Numbered from the stretch's first letter, positions 19,665 to 28,936 are shown. The stretch: DNA of 64,000 bases from Candidatus Cloacimonadota bacterium (GCA_030621085.1 JAUXIJ010000006.1:3499-67498), one strand, 5' to 3'. Translations and numbers: made by a program. The notes: generated from the sequence alone by a model not told the origin.

Positions 19665-20510
19665 TCAAATGTTTTTACTTATTTTTAAACCCAGAGCTAA
19701 ATCATAAATCCGATTTCTCGATTTTCTGGTAATTTCCATTACTTTTTTTATTGCATCTTTTTTAGATTTATCTTTATCGATCTCAGTTTGAAGCATTTCT
19801 GTCAATTCTGCATCTGAATATTCTTTTTCTTGTGCACCTTCCACAATGATCACAAATTCACCTTTCAAGGTTATCATATCCGAGTTTGCTAGAACTTCAT
19901 CAATTGAAGTTCTGTAGTATGTTTCGTATAACTTTGAAAGCTCACGGGCAATGACGATCTTCCGGTTTCCAAATGCTTCTTTCAAGCTGGATATAAATTT
20001 ATGTAATCTGTGCGGAGCTTCATAAAAGATGAGTGGATCTTTGATATTTATCAGCTCTTTTAGAAGGCTATCTTTCTCCGATTTTTTTTCAGGAAGAAAT
20101 CCGGCGAAATAGAATCGTTCTGAGTCTAATCCTGAAGAAACAAGAGCAGGAGTAAAAGCTGTTGCACCGGGAAGTGATTCAACTTTGATATTATTTTCAA
20201 TAGCAGCTTTTATAATGATCGAAGCGGGATCGGAAATACCGGGAGTGCCGGCATCGGAAATGATGGCAATATCTTCCCCATTTTTCAATTTAGTCAGGAA
20301 TTTTTCTACCCGAGAGCGTTCATTGAATTTATGGTAGCTAATCATTGGAGTATTAATCTGATAATGTTTTAGCAATTTAGATGAAGTGCGAGTATCTTCG
20401 GCACCGATCAAAACGACATTCTTTAAAACTTCTACCGCTCGAAAAGTCATATCTGCCAGATTGCCGATAGGCGTGGGAACGATAATAAGCTTGCCATATT
20501 TTTTTTTCAT
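19665..20510 (-). CDS. rsmI: 16S rRNA (cytidine1402-2'-O)-methyltransferase
   Basis: GKLIIVPTPIGNLADMTFRAVEVLKNVVLIGAEDTR, ISDAGTPGISDPA and PGATAF match RsmI. Confidence 0.9.
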   Translation of the reverse strand: MKKKYGKLIIVPTPIGNLADMTFRAVEVLKNVVLIGAEDTRTSSKLLKHYQINTPMISYHKFNERSRVEKFLTKLKNGEDIAIISDAGTPGISDPASIIIKAAIENNIKVESLPGATAFTPALVSSGLDSERFYFAGFLPEKKSEKDSLLKELINIKDPLIFYEAPHRLHKFISSLKEAFGNRKIVIARELSKLYETYYRTSIDEVLANSDMITLKGEFVIIVEGAQEKEYSDAELTEMLQTEIDKDKSKKDAIKKVMEITRKSRNRIYDLALGLKISKNI

Positions 20511-20527
20511 AACATTATTAAAATATT

Positions 20528-23215
20528 CTAATTTATTTCTTTTACAACATCAACTTCAGTATTCGAACTATTATAATTTAAAGTAAATCCTCTTTTTTTG
20601 AAAACTGCGATCATGCGATAATTGTCCATAGTTGTAATTGCTTCGATTTTTTTCATTTTCCATTTTTTTGCAATATCCATACAATAATCAGTTAAAATAC
20701 CACCTAATTCCTTATGTTGCCATTTATCAGCAATTAGAACAGCATATTCCACGGATTCATGGTCAGGATCTGATACTAACCTACCAACACCGATTAATTT
20801 TTTATTATTATTTTCCTGAATTTCCGCAACAATTGCAATCTCTCTATCATAATCAATATAACAGAATTTTGTAGCAACTTCGTGTGTTTCCCAATGAAAG
20901 AAATATCTAAATCTGGAAAAAATAGATTCCTTGGAACAACTTTTGAGCAAATCCAGCCAGAGTGGTTCATCTTCAGGTTTTATTGGTCTTAATAAAATTT
21001 CTCTTCCATCATTCAATTTTGCTTTATTAACATATTCTTCAGGATAAGGTTTAAGAACTAAATGTGAATATGTCTTAATTTGTTTAGTAATAATTTTTTT
21101 ATCAATCACAATTCTGGCATCAAGGGCAATTATTTCTTTTTGATTAACCAGTAATGGATTAATATCAAGCCCTTTAATTTCAGGAAAATCTGCTGCCAGA
21201 TATGATAGTCGTATTATGGTTTGAATGAGGAAATTCATATTTATTGGAGGTTTTCCTCTAAATCCTTTCAATAAAGGATAAATCTTTAATGATTCAAGCA
21301 TAAGTCTGGCAAGTCTTTCATTCAAAGGTGGAAATCCTAATGCTCTATCTGCAAGAATCTCCGTCTGGATTCCACCTGCACCAACCATAATAACAGTTCC
21401 AAAAACCGGATCCTTTTTTATGCCGATAATTAACTCGATGCCGGTTTTCTCATTTATCATTTTTTGAACGGTTACGCCGTTTATCTTCGCTTTCGGTTTA
21501 TTTTTCTTTGCATTAGAAATAATTTTTGCAAAGGATTTTTTAACTATACTTTTATTATTCAGAAACAATGCAACTCCACCAATATCCGATTTATGTGTTA
21601 TCTCCGGTGAATCTATTTTTAATACGACCGGGTATCCAATTTTCTCTGCTATTTCAACAGCTTTTTCTTCAGATGAAGCAGGGAATGGATAAGTTGTCTT
21701 AATACTATAAGATTCCAGTAATTTTTTGGAAATTTCTTCGGATATTATCTCATTTTTCTTAAAATAATTTTTGGTAAAATCAGAGTGAATCTTTTCTCTA
21801 TTAAACTCAAATCCCACTGGAATATTTTTTGGAGTTTCATATAATATTTTTAGATTACGTGAATATTCCACTAACTTCATAAATGCTCGAATAGCCTGTT
21901 CCGGATGCCTGTAAGCTGCAATTCCGGAATTAATTAAAATCTGCAAACCTTCCTGCATGGTTTTTCCACCGAACCAGGCAGCTAAAATTGGTTTACGACT
22001 ACCTTCCGCAATTTTACCTAATTCTTTTGCTGTTGTTGTAGGATTAGTCATAGCTTGAGGAGTTAAAATAACCAAAACAGCATCGACATTCGAATCGTTC
22101 AGGATAATCTTTGTAGCTTTTGAAATCCTTTTTGAACGAGAATCTCCAAGAACATCTACCGGATTTCTATGAGACCAGAATGGTGGAAGATTCTCATTCA
22201 ATTGATTCATAGTATCTTCGGAAAGTTTTGCCAGATGACCATTCAGTGATGCTAATGCGTCTGTTGCCATCACTCCGGGTCCGCCGGCATTTGTGATTAT
22301 TCCCAAATTTGGACCTTCAGGGATTTTTCTTCTTCCAATAAGTTGAGCACAATCAAGAATATCTCCACTATCAAAAACACGACAAATACCGGTTCTTTGA
22401 AATGCAGCATCGTAAACAGAATCTTCCGAAGCCATTGCTCCTGTATGAGAAAAAGCAACTTCAGCAGATTCGGGAAATCTTCCTGCTTTATAAGCCAGAA
22501 TCGGTTTAGAACGAGCAAATGCTCGTGCTGCAGTTGTAAATTTACGAGCATTATTGATCGACTCTATATAAAGAAGAATTGACTCTGTTTCATCATCAAC
22601 ACCCAGATAATCGATCAGATCACCAAAATCGACATCAATCGTATTTCCTATTGAAATAAAATATGAAAATCCTATTTTTTCTTCCATAGCCCAATCAAGG
22701 ACAGAAGTACACAAAGCACCGGATTGTGAGATAAATGCGATATTACCGGGTTTGGGAATTGAATTAGCAAAACTAACATTCAATTTAAATCTGGGAATAA
22801 TAATTCCCAAACAATTAGGACCAATAATTCTCATTCCTTTGAATTTTTTTATTTCATCTTTTATCTGTTCCTCTAATAATATTCCTTTTTCTCCGATTTC
22901 TTTAAATCCCGCTGAAATGATTATTATTCCCAAAATTCCAGATTCTCCACAATTATGAACAATTTGAGGAACTTTTCCCGCCGATGTGCAGATTACTCCT
23001 AAATCCGGTGTATGAGGAAGACTTTTAATATCAGGATAACATTGAATGCCCAATACTGCTTCAAAATCAGGATTTACAGGATAAACAACTCCCCTGAAAC
23101 CACCACCAATCAGATTTTGTAGTACTTTTCCACCGACACTATTTGGATTTGAAGTTACACCAATTAAGGCAATTCTTTTAGGTTTGAAAATTTTATCAAG
23201 ATTGTGAATGTTCAT
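20528..23215 (-). CDS. Pat/PatZ-like protein acetyltransferase (ADP-forming acyl-CoA synthetase-like domains + C-terminal GNAT)
   Basis: 895 aa. N-terminal CoA-binding region (IALIGVTSNPNSVGGKV), succinyl-CoA-synthetase-like and ATP-grasp parts, and a C-terminal GNAT (..QHKELGGILTDYCMDIAKKW..). Confidence 0.8.
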   Translation of the reverse strand: MNIHNLDKIFKPKRIALIGVTSNPNSVGGKVLQNLIGGGFRGVVYPVNPDFEAVLGIQCYPDIKSLPHTPDLGVICTSAGKVPQIVHNCGESGILGIIIISAGFKEIGEKGILLEEQIKDEIKKFKGMRIIGPNCLGIIIPRFKLNVSFANSIPKPGNIAFISQSGALCTSVLDWAMEEKIGFSYFISIGNTIDVDFGDLIDYLGVDDETESILLYIESINNARKFTTAARAFARSKPILAYKAGRFPESAEVAFSHTGAMASEDSVYDAAFQRTGICRVFDSGDILDCAQLIGRRKIPEGPNLGIITNAGGPGVMATDALASLNGHLAKLSEDTMNQLNENLPPFWSHRNPVDVLGDSRSKRISKATKIILNDSNVDAVLVILTPQAMTNPTTTAKELGKIAEGSRKPILAAWFGGKTMQEGLQILINSGIAAYRHPEQAIRAFMKLVEYSRNLKILYETPKNIPVGFEFNREKIHSDFTKNYFKKNEIISEEISKKLLESYSIKTTYPFPASSEEKAVEIAEKIGYPVVLKIDSPEITHKSDIGGVALFLNNKSIVKKSFAKIISNAKKNKPKAKINGVTVQKMINEKTGIELIIGIKKDPVFGTVIMVGAGGIQTEILADRALGFPPLNERLARLMLESLKIYPLLKGFRGKPPINMNFLIQTIIRLSYLAADFPEIKGLDINPLLVNQKEIIALDARIVIDKKIITKQIKTYSHLVLKPYPEEYVNKAKLNDGREILLRPIKPEDEPLWLDLLKSCSKESIFSRFRYFFHWETHEVATKFCYIDYDREIAIVAEIQENNNKKLIGVGRLVSDPDHESVEYAVLIADKWQHKELGGILTDYCMDIAKKWKMKKIEAITTMDNYRMIAVFKKRGFTLNYNSSNTEVDVVKEIN

Positions 23216-23486
23216 ATTAATTTTCCTCGCTTTATTACTGATGAAAATAAGATATTACATCTTCGGCAATAAATAAAAAAGCCCTGGATCGACAATGCTT
23301 TCAGCTTATTTAATATTACCGATTGGAAAAATAATTTTTCCTCCGGCTTCATTCAGAACCTGAGCCATTGCCAGATAAATAGCGGAAAATCCACAGATAA
23401 TCCCTTCCCAGCCTGCGATCTTTCCAGAATCATTTCTAACTTTCTAAGACTCCTATGAAACCAGTTTCTAACTTCCCATAAAATAA

Positions 23487-23700
23487 GGAGATAGAAATTT
23501 GATGGAAATGGACAAGATCGGAATCTTGTTTTACAATCAGGTTTCATCTTAATGGAACTATCAGCTCGCTGATAGCGGAGAGCTTGGCACAAGCCAAAGG
23601 GCTTGTGTTAAGTCGAAACAGGAGCATTATCTTTCTCCAGATGTAGCACGGACAACTTATCACAAGATGATGCATCATAAATGATGAAATCACTTGTGAC
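23487..23700 (+). ncRNA. candidate structured RNA (unclassified); strand assignment tentative
   Basis: Cluster of hand-verified hairpins. The G-U extensions of two stems are valid only on the plus strand. See finding. Confidence 0.2.
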
Positions 23701-23787
23701 AAGTTTAGGATAGCTTTTCATAATCTTTCATAAATTTCTCTCGTTCCCAAACTGAAGTTTTGGAAACTTCGGGAGTTTAATAAATTT

Positions 23788-25035
23788 TTACAATCCATAC
23801 ATCTCAATAATTTCTTGTTTGGATTTCCCGAGAATATCATATTTTTTCCCAACTTTGATAAAGGCAGCGAGAGCTTTATCGAGGTGGTGAATTTCGTGTC
23901 CTGCAGAGATCTGCGTTCTGATCCTGGCTTTGCCGTTGGGAACTACAGGGAAGAAGAATCCGATCGCATAAATTCCTTCGTCATATAAATCTTTTGAGAA
24001 ATCCTGTGAGAGTTTTGCATTAAAAAGCATTACTGGAACTATCGGAGTATCTCCAGGTTGCAGAACAAATCCTGCTTCGGTTAAACCTTTGCGCCAGTAT
24101 TCTGTATTTGCTTCCAGCTTGTCTCGTCTTTCTGTGCTTTGAGATAAAATATCCAGAACTTTAAGAACTCCGGAAACTACAACCGGTGCAATGGTGTTTG
24201 AGAAAAGATAAGGTCTTGCTTTCTGACGGCACATTTCCACGAGTTCTTTCCTGCCTGACACACAACCTCCGGAAGCACCGCCGAGAGCTTTTCCGAATGT
24301 AGTTGTGATAATATCTATCTTTCCAAAAACGCCGCAATGTTCATGAGTTCCACGACCAGTTTTGCCTATAAATCCGGTTGAATGGGAATCATCCACAAAA
24401 AGCATAGCGTCGTATTTATCGCAGAGTGCGACCATCTCATCAAGCTTTGCCGTATCTCCATCCATACTGAATACTCCATCTGTGATTACAACTTTAAGTC
24501 TTTTATCTGCATGAAGAATAAGTTTCTTTTCAAGATGATCCATATTGGAATGTTTGAAAGTATCGTGCATAGCACCACAAAGACGGATTCCATCAATAAT
24601 GGAAGCGTGAACCAGACGGTCTGAGATCATCACATCTTCATCGGTGAGGATAGCTTCAAAAACCCCTGCGTTTGCATCCATACAGCTCGGGAAAAGGATC
24701 GTGTCTTCTGTTCCCAGAAATTCCGTAACTTTCTTTTCCAGTTCATTATGAATATCCTGAGTTCCGCAGATAAACCGAACTGAAGACATTCCATATCCAC
24801 GTGAATCCAGTCCTTCGTGTGCTGCTTTTACCACTTCCGGATGGCTGGAAAGTCCCAGATAATTGTTTGCACACATATTAATAACTTTTTTCAATGAAGA
24901 TCCGGTAGGATATTCAACCTCGATATCGGCAGCCTGGGAAGAATGGATGAATCTTTCCTGTTTGAAGATACCTGCATCATGAATGCCTTTAAGCTGCTCT
25001 TGATACATACTTCTAACTTTATCACTGTAACCCAT
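23788..25035 (-). CDS. kbl: glycine C-acetyltransferase (2-amino-3-ketobutyrate CoA ligase)
   Basis: Long identical runs with E. coli Kbl as I recall it: CANNYLGL, SVRFICGTQD, HASIIDG.RLC, DGVFSMDG, FVDDSH, TTFGKALGGASGG, RPYLFSN. Confidence 0.9.
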   Translation of the reverse strand: MGYSDKVRSMYQEQLKGIHDAGIFKQERFIHSSQAADIEVEYPTGSSLKKVINMCANNYLGLSSHPEVVKAAHEGLDSRGYGMSSVRFICGTQDIHNELEKKVTEFLGTEDTILFPSCMDANAGVFEAILTDEDVMISDRLVHASIIDGIRLCGAMHDTFKHSNMDHLEKKLILHADKRLKVVITDGVFSMDGDTAKLDEMVALCDKYDAMLFVDDSHSTGFIGKTGRGTHEHCGVFGKIDIITTTFGKALGGASGGCVSGRKELVEMCRQKARPYLFSNTIAPVVVSGVLKVLDILSQSTERRDKLEANTEYWRKGLTEAGFVLQPGDTPIVPVMLFNAKLSQDFSKDLYDEGIYAIGFFFPVVPNGKARIRTQISAGHEIHHLDKALAAFIKVGKKYDILGKSKQEIIEMYGL

Positions 25036-25071
25036 AATTTACTCCTTTGTTTTCAGATTTAGTATAATCAA

Positions 25072-25140
25072 TTGTCACCCTGAGCGTAGTCGAAGGGTCA
25101 ATAAAATTACAATATGGTTCGACTCCGCTCACCATGACAA
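25072..25140. repeat. gene-less inverted pair of the TGAGCG-N-AGTCGAA hairpin word
   Basis: Left arm is TTGTCACCCTGAGCGTAGTCGAAGGG (25072-25097). The reverse complement of the right arm (25116-25140) is TTGTCATGGTGAGCGGAGTCGAACC. Same word family as the repeats flanking the GIY-YIG gene. Confidence 0.7.
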
Positions 25141-25154
25141 AAATAACAATTCAA

Positions 25155-25400
25155 TTAACCAACAAATTCTTTTACTAATTCTGTAATCTTATTAACAGAA
25201 TCAAATGCTTCCGGACTGGCTTTTTCATCCGGAATGGAAATCTTGTATTTCGCTTCCAGGAATCTCTTGAGTGAAACCATTGAAAACGAATCCACGATCC
25301 CGCCGGAAATGAGCGGTGTATCGTAGGTTATTTCCTCATCTTCGTCTTCGAGGTATTCCTCGATAACATATTCCAAAATTACATCTTTCATCTCTTCCAT
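25155..25400 (-). CDS. small acyl/peptidyl carrier protein
   Basis: 81 aa, acidic, with GGIVDSFSMVSL (a carrier-protein Ser phosphopantetheine-site pattern). Confidence 0.6.
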   Translation of the reverse strand: MEEMKDVILEYVIEEYLEDEDEEITYDTPLISGGIVDSFSMVSLKRFLEAKYKISIPDEKASPEAFDSVNKITELVKEFVG

Positions 25401-25432
25401 TTTTTTCTCCTATTTTTTTTTTGAAAAACTTA

Positions 25433-25493
25433 ACCACAAAGACACAAAGATATTATAACTTCATTCCACTTCGTGTCTTAGTGACTTGGTGGT
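25433..25493. repeat. inverted pair of CAC-N-RAG words
   Basis: ACCACAAAGACACAAAG (25433-25449) faces the reverse complement of 25469-25493, which reads ACCACCAAGTCACTAAGACACGAAG. Confidence 0.6.
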
Positions 25494-25499
25494 AATATT

Positions 25500-27206
25500 T
25501 TACTCATCATCATCCAAGCCGGAAGTATCACCGATATCTTCTCCCCACTCTTTGGCATGAAGAAGTCTTCTCATAATTTTTCCACTTCTTGTTTTGGGAA
25601 GTGATTTCACATATTCTATTTCCTGTGGCATTGCCAGAGGTGAAAGTTTCTTCCTGATGAAATTCATAATATTGAGTTCCAGCATATCATCTATTTTATA
25701 ACCGGTATTAAGCGTAACAAAAGCTTTTACAACTTCCATATTCACTTCATCCGGTTTTGCCACAACAGCAGATTCGGCAATCGCTTCGTGTTCCAGAAGT
25801 GCAGATTCCACCTCGAACGGACTCACAAGATGTCCGCCGGTATTGATCACATCATCATCACGTCCCACAAACCAGAAATAGCCATCTTTGTCGATAGTTG
25901 ATCTATCACCGGGCAGATACCAGCCATTTTTAAACTTGGATTTATATGTTACTTCATTATTCCAGTAAGTTCTCATCATTGCAGGCCAGCCGGGTTTGAA
26001 ACCGATAAGACCGATCTTTCCTATTTCGGTGATCGGTTCAAAAGTTTTTGAATCGAGAATAGTTGCAGTAATTCCCGGAAATGGTTTTCCCATCGAGCCG
26101 GGTTTGATCTTCATACCGGGAAAATTAGTCAGCATCATCGAGCCGGTTTCCGTCTGCCAGTAAGTATCAAGGAATTCATGACCAAATACTTTTCCAGACC
26201 AGATAACAGCTTCCGCATTAAGTGGTTCTCCCACACTCGCCAGATGCCTGAGAGATGAAAGATCATATTCTTTGATAACATCATCTCCGGCTTTCATTAA
26301 AGAACGGATCGCAGTAGGAGCGGAATACCACATTGTAATTTTGTGTTTTTGAATGAAATTGTACCAGGAAGATGCGGAAAATCCGGTATCCAGAACGCAT
26401 TGAGTAATTCCCATACTCCAGGGACCGATAATTCCATAAGAAGTTCCCGTAACCCAACCCGGATCTGCAGTACACCAGTAAATATCATCTTCCTGAAGAT
26501 CGAGAACCCACTTGGTTGTGAGATATTGCGAGATGAGAGAATAATGAACATGTTTCACGCCTTTTGGCTGTCCGGTAGTTCCCGAAGTATAATGAAGAAC
26601 TGAAGAGGATTCTGCTTTGGTTGGGAGAATCTCAAAATCTTTTGGTTCTTTATAAGTTTCCATATCAAAGGTTAATTCTCTCTCTTTTAATGGTTTCTTT
26701 CCATCATGATCTACGATGATTACATGTTTAAGATAAGGACTTTTTTCAATTAGTTTACGAACTTTCCCCACGTGCTTTCTTTGAGTAATGATTGCAGTTG
26801 TTTCGGCATTATCCAATCTCACGTGGAGCGATTCGTCTCCAAAAGCAGAAAAGAGCGGTTGAGCAATTGCACCGATTTTCAGAACTCCCAGAAATCCAAT
26901 ATAAAGTTCAGGAATTTTATCCATAAAAAGGCAAACCCTGTCTTCTTTCTTTATTCCCAGACTTCGCAGGAAAGCACCGATCTTGTTGCTGTTTATGCGG
27001 ACTTCATCGAAAGTATATTTCTTTTCCACGCCACCAAGACCTTCCCAGATGAGAGCAAGTTTATCTGCCTTTCCCATTTCACAGATACGGTCTGAACAAT
27101 ACCAGCCGATGTTCAGAACATCTCCATCTTTATAGCCAAGTTCCTTTTCAGAAATCGACCAGTCAAAGTTCTTAATTCTTTCTTCGTAAGAGCCAATGTG
27201 TGACAT
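25500..27206 (-). CDS. acsA: AMP-forming acetyl-CoA synthetase (B. subtilis AcsA type)
   Basis: Has YTSGTTGQPKG, DIYWCTADPGWVTGTSYGI, WYSAPTAIR, SVGEPLN, WQTETGS, IKPGSMGKP, and the C-terminal PKTRSGKIMRR lysine motif. Confidence 0.85.
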   Translation of the reverse strand: MSHIGSYEERIKNFDWSISEKELGYKDGDVLNIGWYCSDRICEMGKADKLALIWEGLGGVEKKYTFDEVRINSNKIGAFLRSLGIKKEDRVCLFMDKIPELYIGFLGVLKIGAIAQPLFSAFGDESLHVRLDNAETTAIITQRKHVGKVRKLIEKSPYLKHVIIVDHDGKKPLKERELTFDMETYKEPKDFEILPTKAESSSVLHYTSGTTGQPKGVKHVHYSLISQYLTTKWVLDLQEDDIYWCTADPGWVTGTSYGIIGPWSMGITQCVLDTGFSASSWYNFIQKHKITMWYSAPTAIRSLMKAGDDVIKEYDLSSLRHLASVGEPLNAEAVIWSGKVFGHEFLDTYWQTETGSMMLTNFPGMKIKPGSMGKPFPGITATILDSKTFEPITEIGKIGLIGFKPGWPAMMRTYWNNEVTYKSKFKNGWYLPGDRSTIDKDGYFWFVGRDDDVINTGGHLVSPFEVESALLEHEAIAESAVVAKPDEVNMEVVKAFVTLNTGYKIDDMLELNIMNFIRKKLSPLAMPQEIEYVKSLPKTRSGKIMRRLLHAKEWGEDIGDTSGLDDDE

Positions 27207-27362
27207 TATTTATATTCTCCTTTTCTATCCTTTTTTACGCTGATTTACGCTGATTTTAATAAGATCTAATATGATTCTTTTCATTTAATTTCCAAAAAAA
27301 TATTCCAATATATTTCATAATTTCTCATAGCTCATCTGTGTTTATCTGCGTCTCATTCTTTC

Positions 27363-27737
27363 TTATTTTTCTATGATAACCACTGCTGTGGCATACTCTT
27401 TTAAATGAGAGATCGAAACAAAAATATTTTTCAACCCTTTTTTTTGAAAATATTCTTTTGAAAAACCAGAGAGGTTTATTTCCGGTTTTCCCAGGTCATC
27501 ATTTATAATTTCGATCTCATTAAATTTTATTCCATGACTAATTCCAGTGCCCATTGCTTTGGAAAAAGCTTCTTTTGCTGAAAAACGACCAGCATATTCT
27601 TGTTCTTTTCTTTTAAAATTTTCACAATACTCGATTTCAGTTTCAGTATAAATTCTTTTAAGATATTTATCTTTTTTAGAAATGAGTTTTTTAACTCGCT
27701 CCACTTCTATGATATCGATTCCAATTCCATAGATCAT
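27363..27737 (-). CDS. acpS: holo-ACP synthase (4'-phosphopantetheinyl transferase)
   Basis: 124 aa. Has MIYGIGIDIIEVERV and RFSAKEAFSKAMGTGI. Confidence 0.85.
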   Translation of the reverse strand: MIYGIGIDIIEVERVKKLISKKDKYLKRIYTETEIEYCENFKRKEQEYAGRFSAKEAFSKAMGTGISHGIKFNEIEIINDDLGKPEINLSGFSKEYFQKKGLKNIFVSISHLKEYATAVVIIEK

Positions 27738-27743
27738 TTTTTT

Positions 27744-27768
27744 ACCACAAAGGCACTAAGGCACAAAG
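27744..27768 (+). repeat. CAC-N-RAG word
   Basis: ACCACAAAGGCACTAAGGCACAAAG fills the 32-nt gap between the tdh stop and the acpS start. Confidence 0.6.
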
Positions 27769-27769
27769 T

Positions 27770-28720
27770 TTATTTTTTTAATTTTTCTGAAAGCACATTC
27801 AGCATATCTTCCGTCATTTTGGGAAGGTTGTATTCGTGTTTCCATCCCCATTCTTCAAAAGCTACGGTATCATCCATTTTGTTTGGCCAGCTTTCTGCTA
27901 TTGCCTGACGGATAGGGTCAATATCATAATCCATTGTGAATTCTGGAATATGTTTTTTTATTTCAGCAGCAATCATTTCAGGTTCAAAGCTCATGGCAGC
28001 TACATTAAAAGCATTCCTGTGAATAAGTTTGGCAGGATTTGCTTCCATGATCTCTATACCTGCACGAATGCAATCCGGCATATACATCATATCAAGGTAA
28101 GTTCCGGGTTTCAGATTGCAGGTAAATTTCTTTTCTTGAATAGCTTTATAATAGATATCAACTGCATAATCTGTTGTTCCACCGCCCGGAGGTGTAACAT
28201 TAGAAATAATTCCCGGATAGCGCACTCCGCGTGTATCGATACCATATTTCTGATGATAATAATCGCAAAGAAGTTCGCCGGAAACCTTAGTAACACCATA
28301 CATCGAATTGGGTCTCTGGATCGTATCCTGCGGTGTATTATCGTGTGGTGTGGAAAGCCCGAACGCACCGATCGAGCTGGGAGTGAAAAGGGCAAATTTC
28401 AGTTCACGAGAAAGTTCCAGTAGATTCATCAATCCACCGACATTTATCTTCCAGGAAAGTTGTGGATTTTGTTCTCCAACTGCAGAGAGGAGCGCCACAA
28501 GATTGTATACGGTGTCGATATTATACTTTGTAATTACATCTTTTATTTTTTTTGTATCAAGACAATCTACAATTTCAAAAGGACCTTCTTTTAAAACCTC
28601 TGAAACATCTGTTCTAATATCGGAAGAAATAACATTGGAATTGCCGTAAATCTTGCGCATTGCAGGAACCAGTTCAGAACCGATCTGACCAGCAGCACCC
28701 ATTACTAAAATGTTTTTCAA
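27770..28720 (-). CDS. tdh: L-threonine 3-dehydrogenase, SDR/epimerase type
   Basis: 316 aa. Has GAAGQIGSEL, YGVTKVSGELL (YxxxK) and PGGGTTDYAVDIYY, which are typical of epimerase-fold TDH. Same locus as kbl. Confidence 0.75.
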   Translation of the reverse strand: MKNILVMGAAGQIGSELVPAMRKIYGNSNVISSDIRTDVSEVLKEGPFEIVDCLDTKKIKDVITKYNIDTVYNLVALLSAVGEQNPQLSWKINVGGLMNLLELSRELKFALFTPSSIGAFGLSTPHDNTPQDTIQRPNSMYGVTKVSGELLCDYYHQKYGIDTRGVRYPGIISNVTPPGGGTTDYAVDIYYKAIQEKKFTCNLKPGTYLDMMYMPDCIRAGIEIMEANPAKLIHRNAFNVAAMSFEPEMIAAEIKKHIPEFTMDYDIDPIRQAIAESWPNKMDDTVAFEEWGWKHEYNLPKMTEDMLNVLSEKLKK

Positions 28721-28936
28721 ATTTCACTCCTGAAATATAATTTTTTTTGTTGGAAAAGAAAAACAGAGGTTTATTTTGTCAAATAGAAATTACTTAATAA
28801 ATAAATATATAATAACTAACTAAAAATATATTGTTATTATTCTGCTTATTCTGAAAAGATAGAAAATCAATTGACATAAAATAAGTTAATAATCAGTTTC
28901 GATAATAGATAAACAAAATATTTGTGGAGGAATTAA

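Noticed and set aside
23353-23592. 79-aa minus-strand ORF in the long non-coding region
   Set aside because: It has no protein-like features, no Shine-Dalgarno, and overlaps the hairpin cluster. The region is better explained as structured RNA or DNA.
23216-23787. Checked whether the non-coding region is RNase P RNA, tmRNA or SRP RNA
   Set aside because: The hallmark strings I remember appear on neither strand. These are GGAAAGUCCGG and ACAGAA for RNase P, a GGUUCGA.UCC T-arm plus tag ORF for tmRNA, and GGAAGCAGC around a GNRA loop for SRP.
23788-28720. Idea that alpha-oxoamine synthase + ACP + AMP-ligase + epimerase-fold reductase + GNAT equals a bacterial ceramide/sphingolipid cluster (as in Caulobacter)
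   Set aside because: - The 415-aa protein shares long identical runs with E. coli Kbl rather than looking like Spt.
- The epimerase-fold protein has the PGGGTTDYAV motif of threonine dehydrogenase.
- The ligase closely matches AcsA.
- The GNAT is part of a Pat-type 895-aa protein.

Threonine catabolism and acetyl-CoA metabolism explain most of the set.
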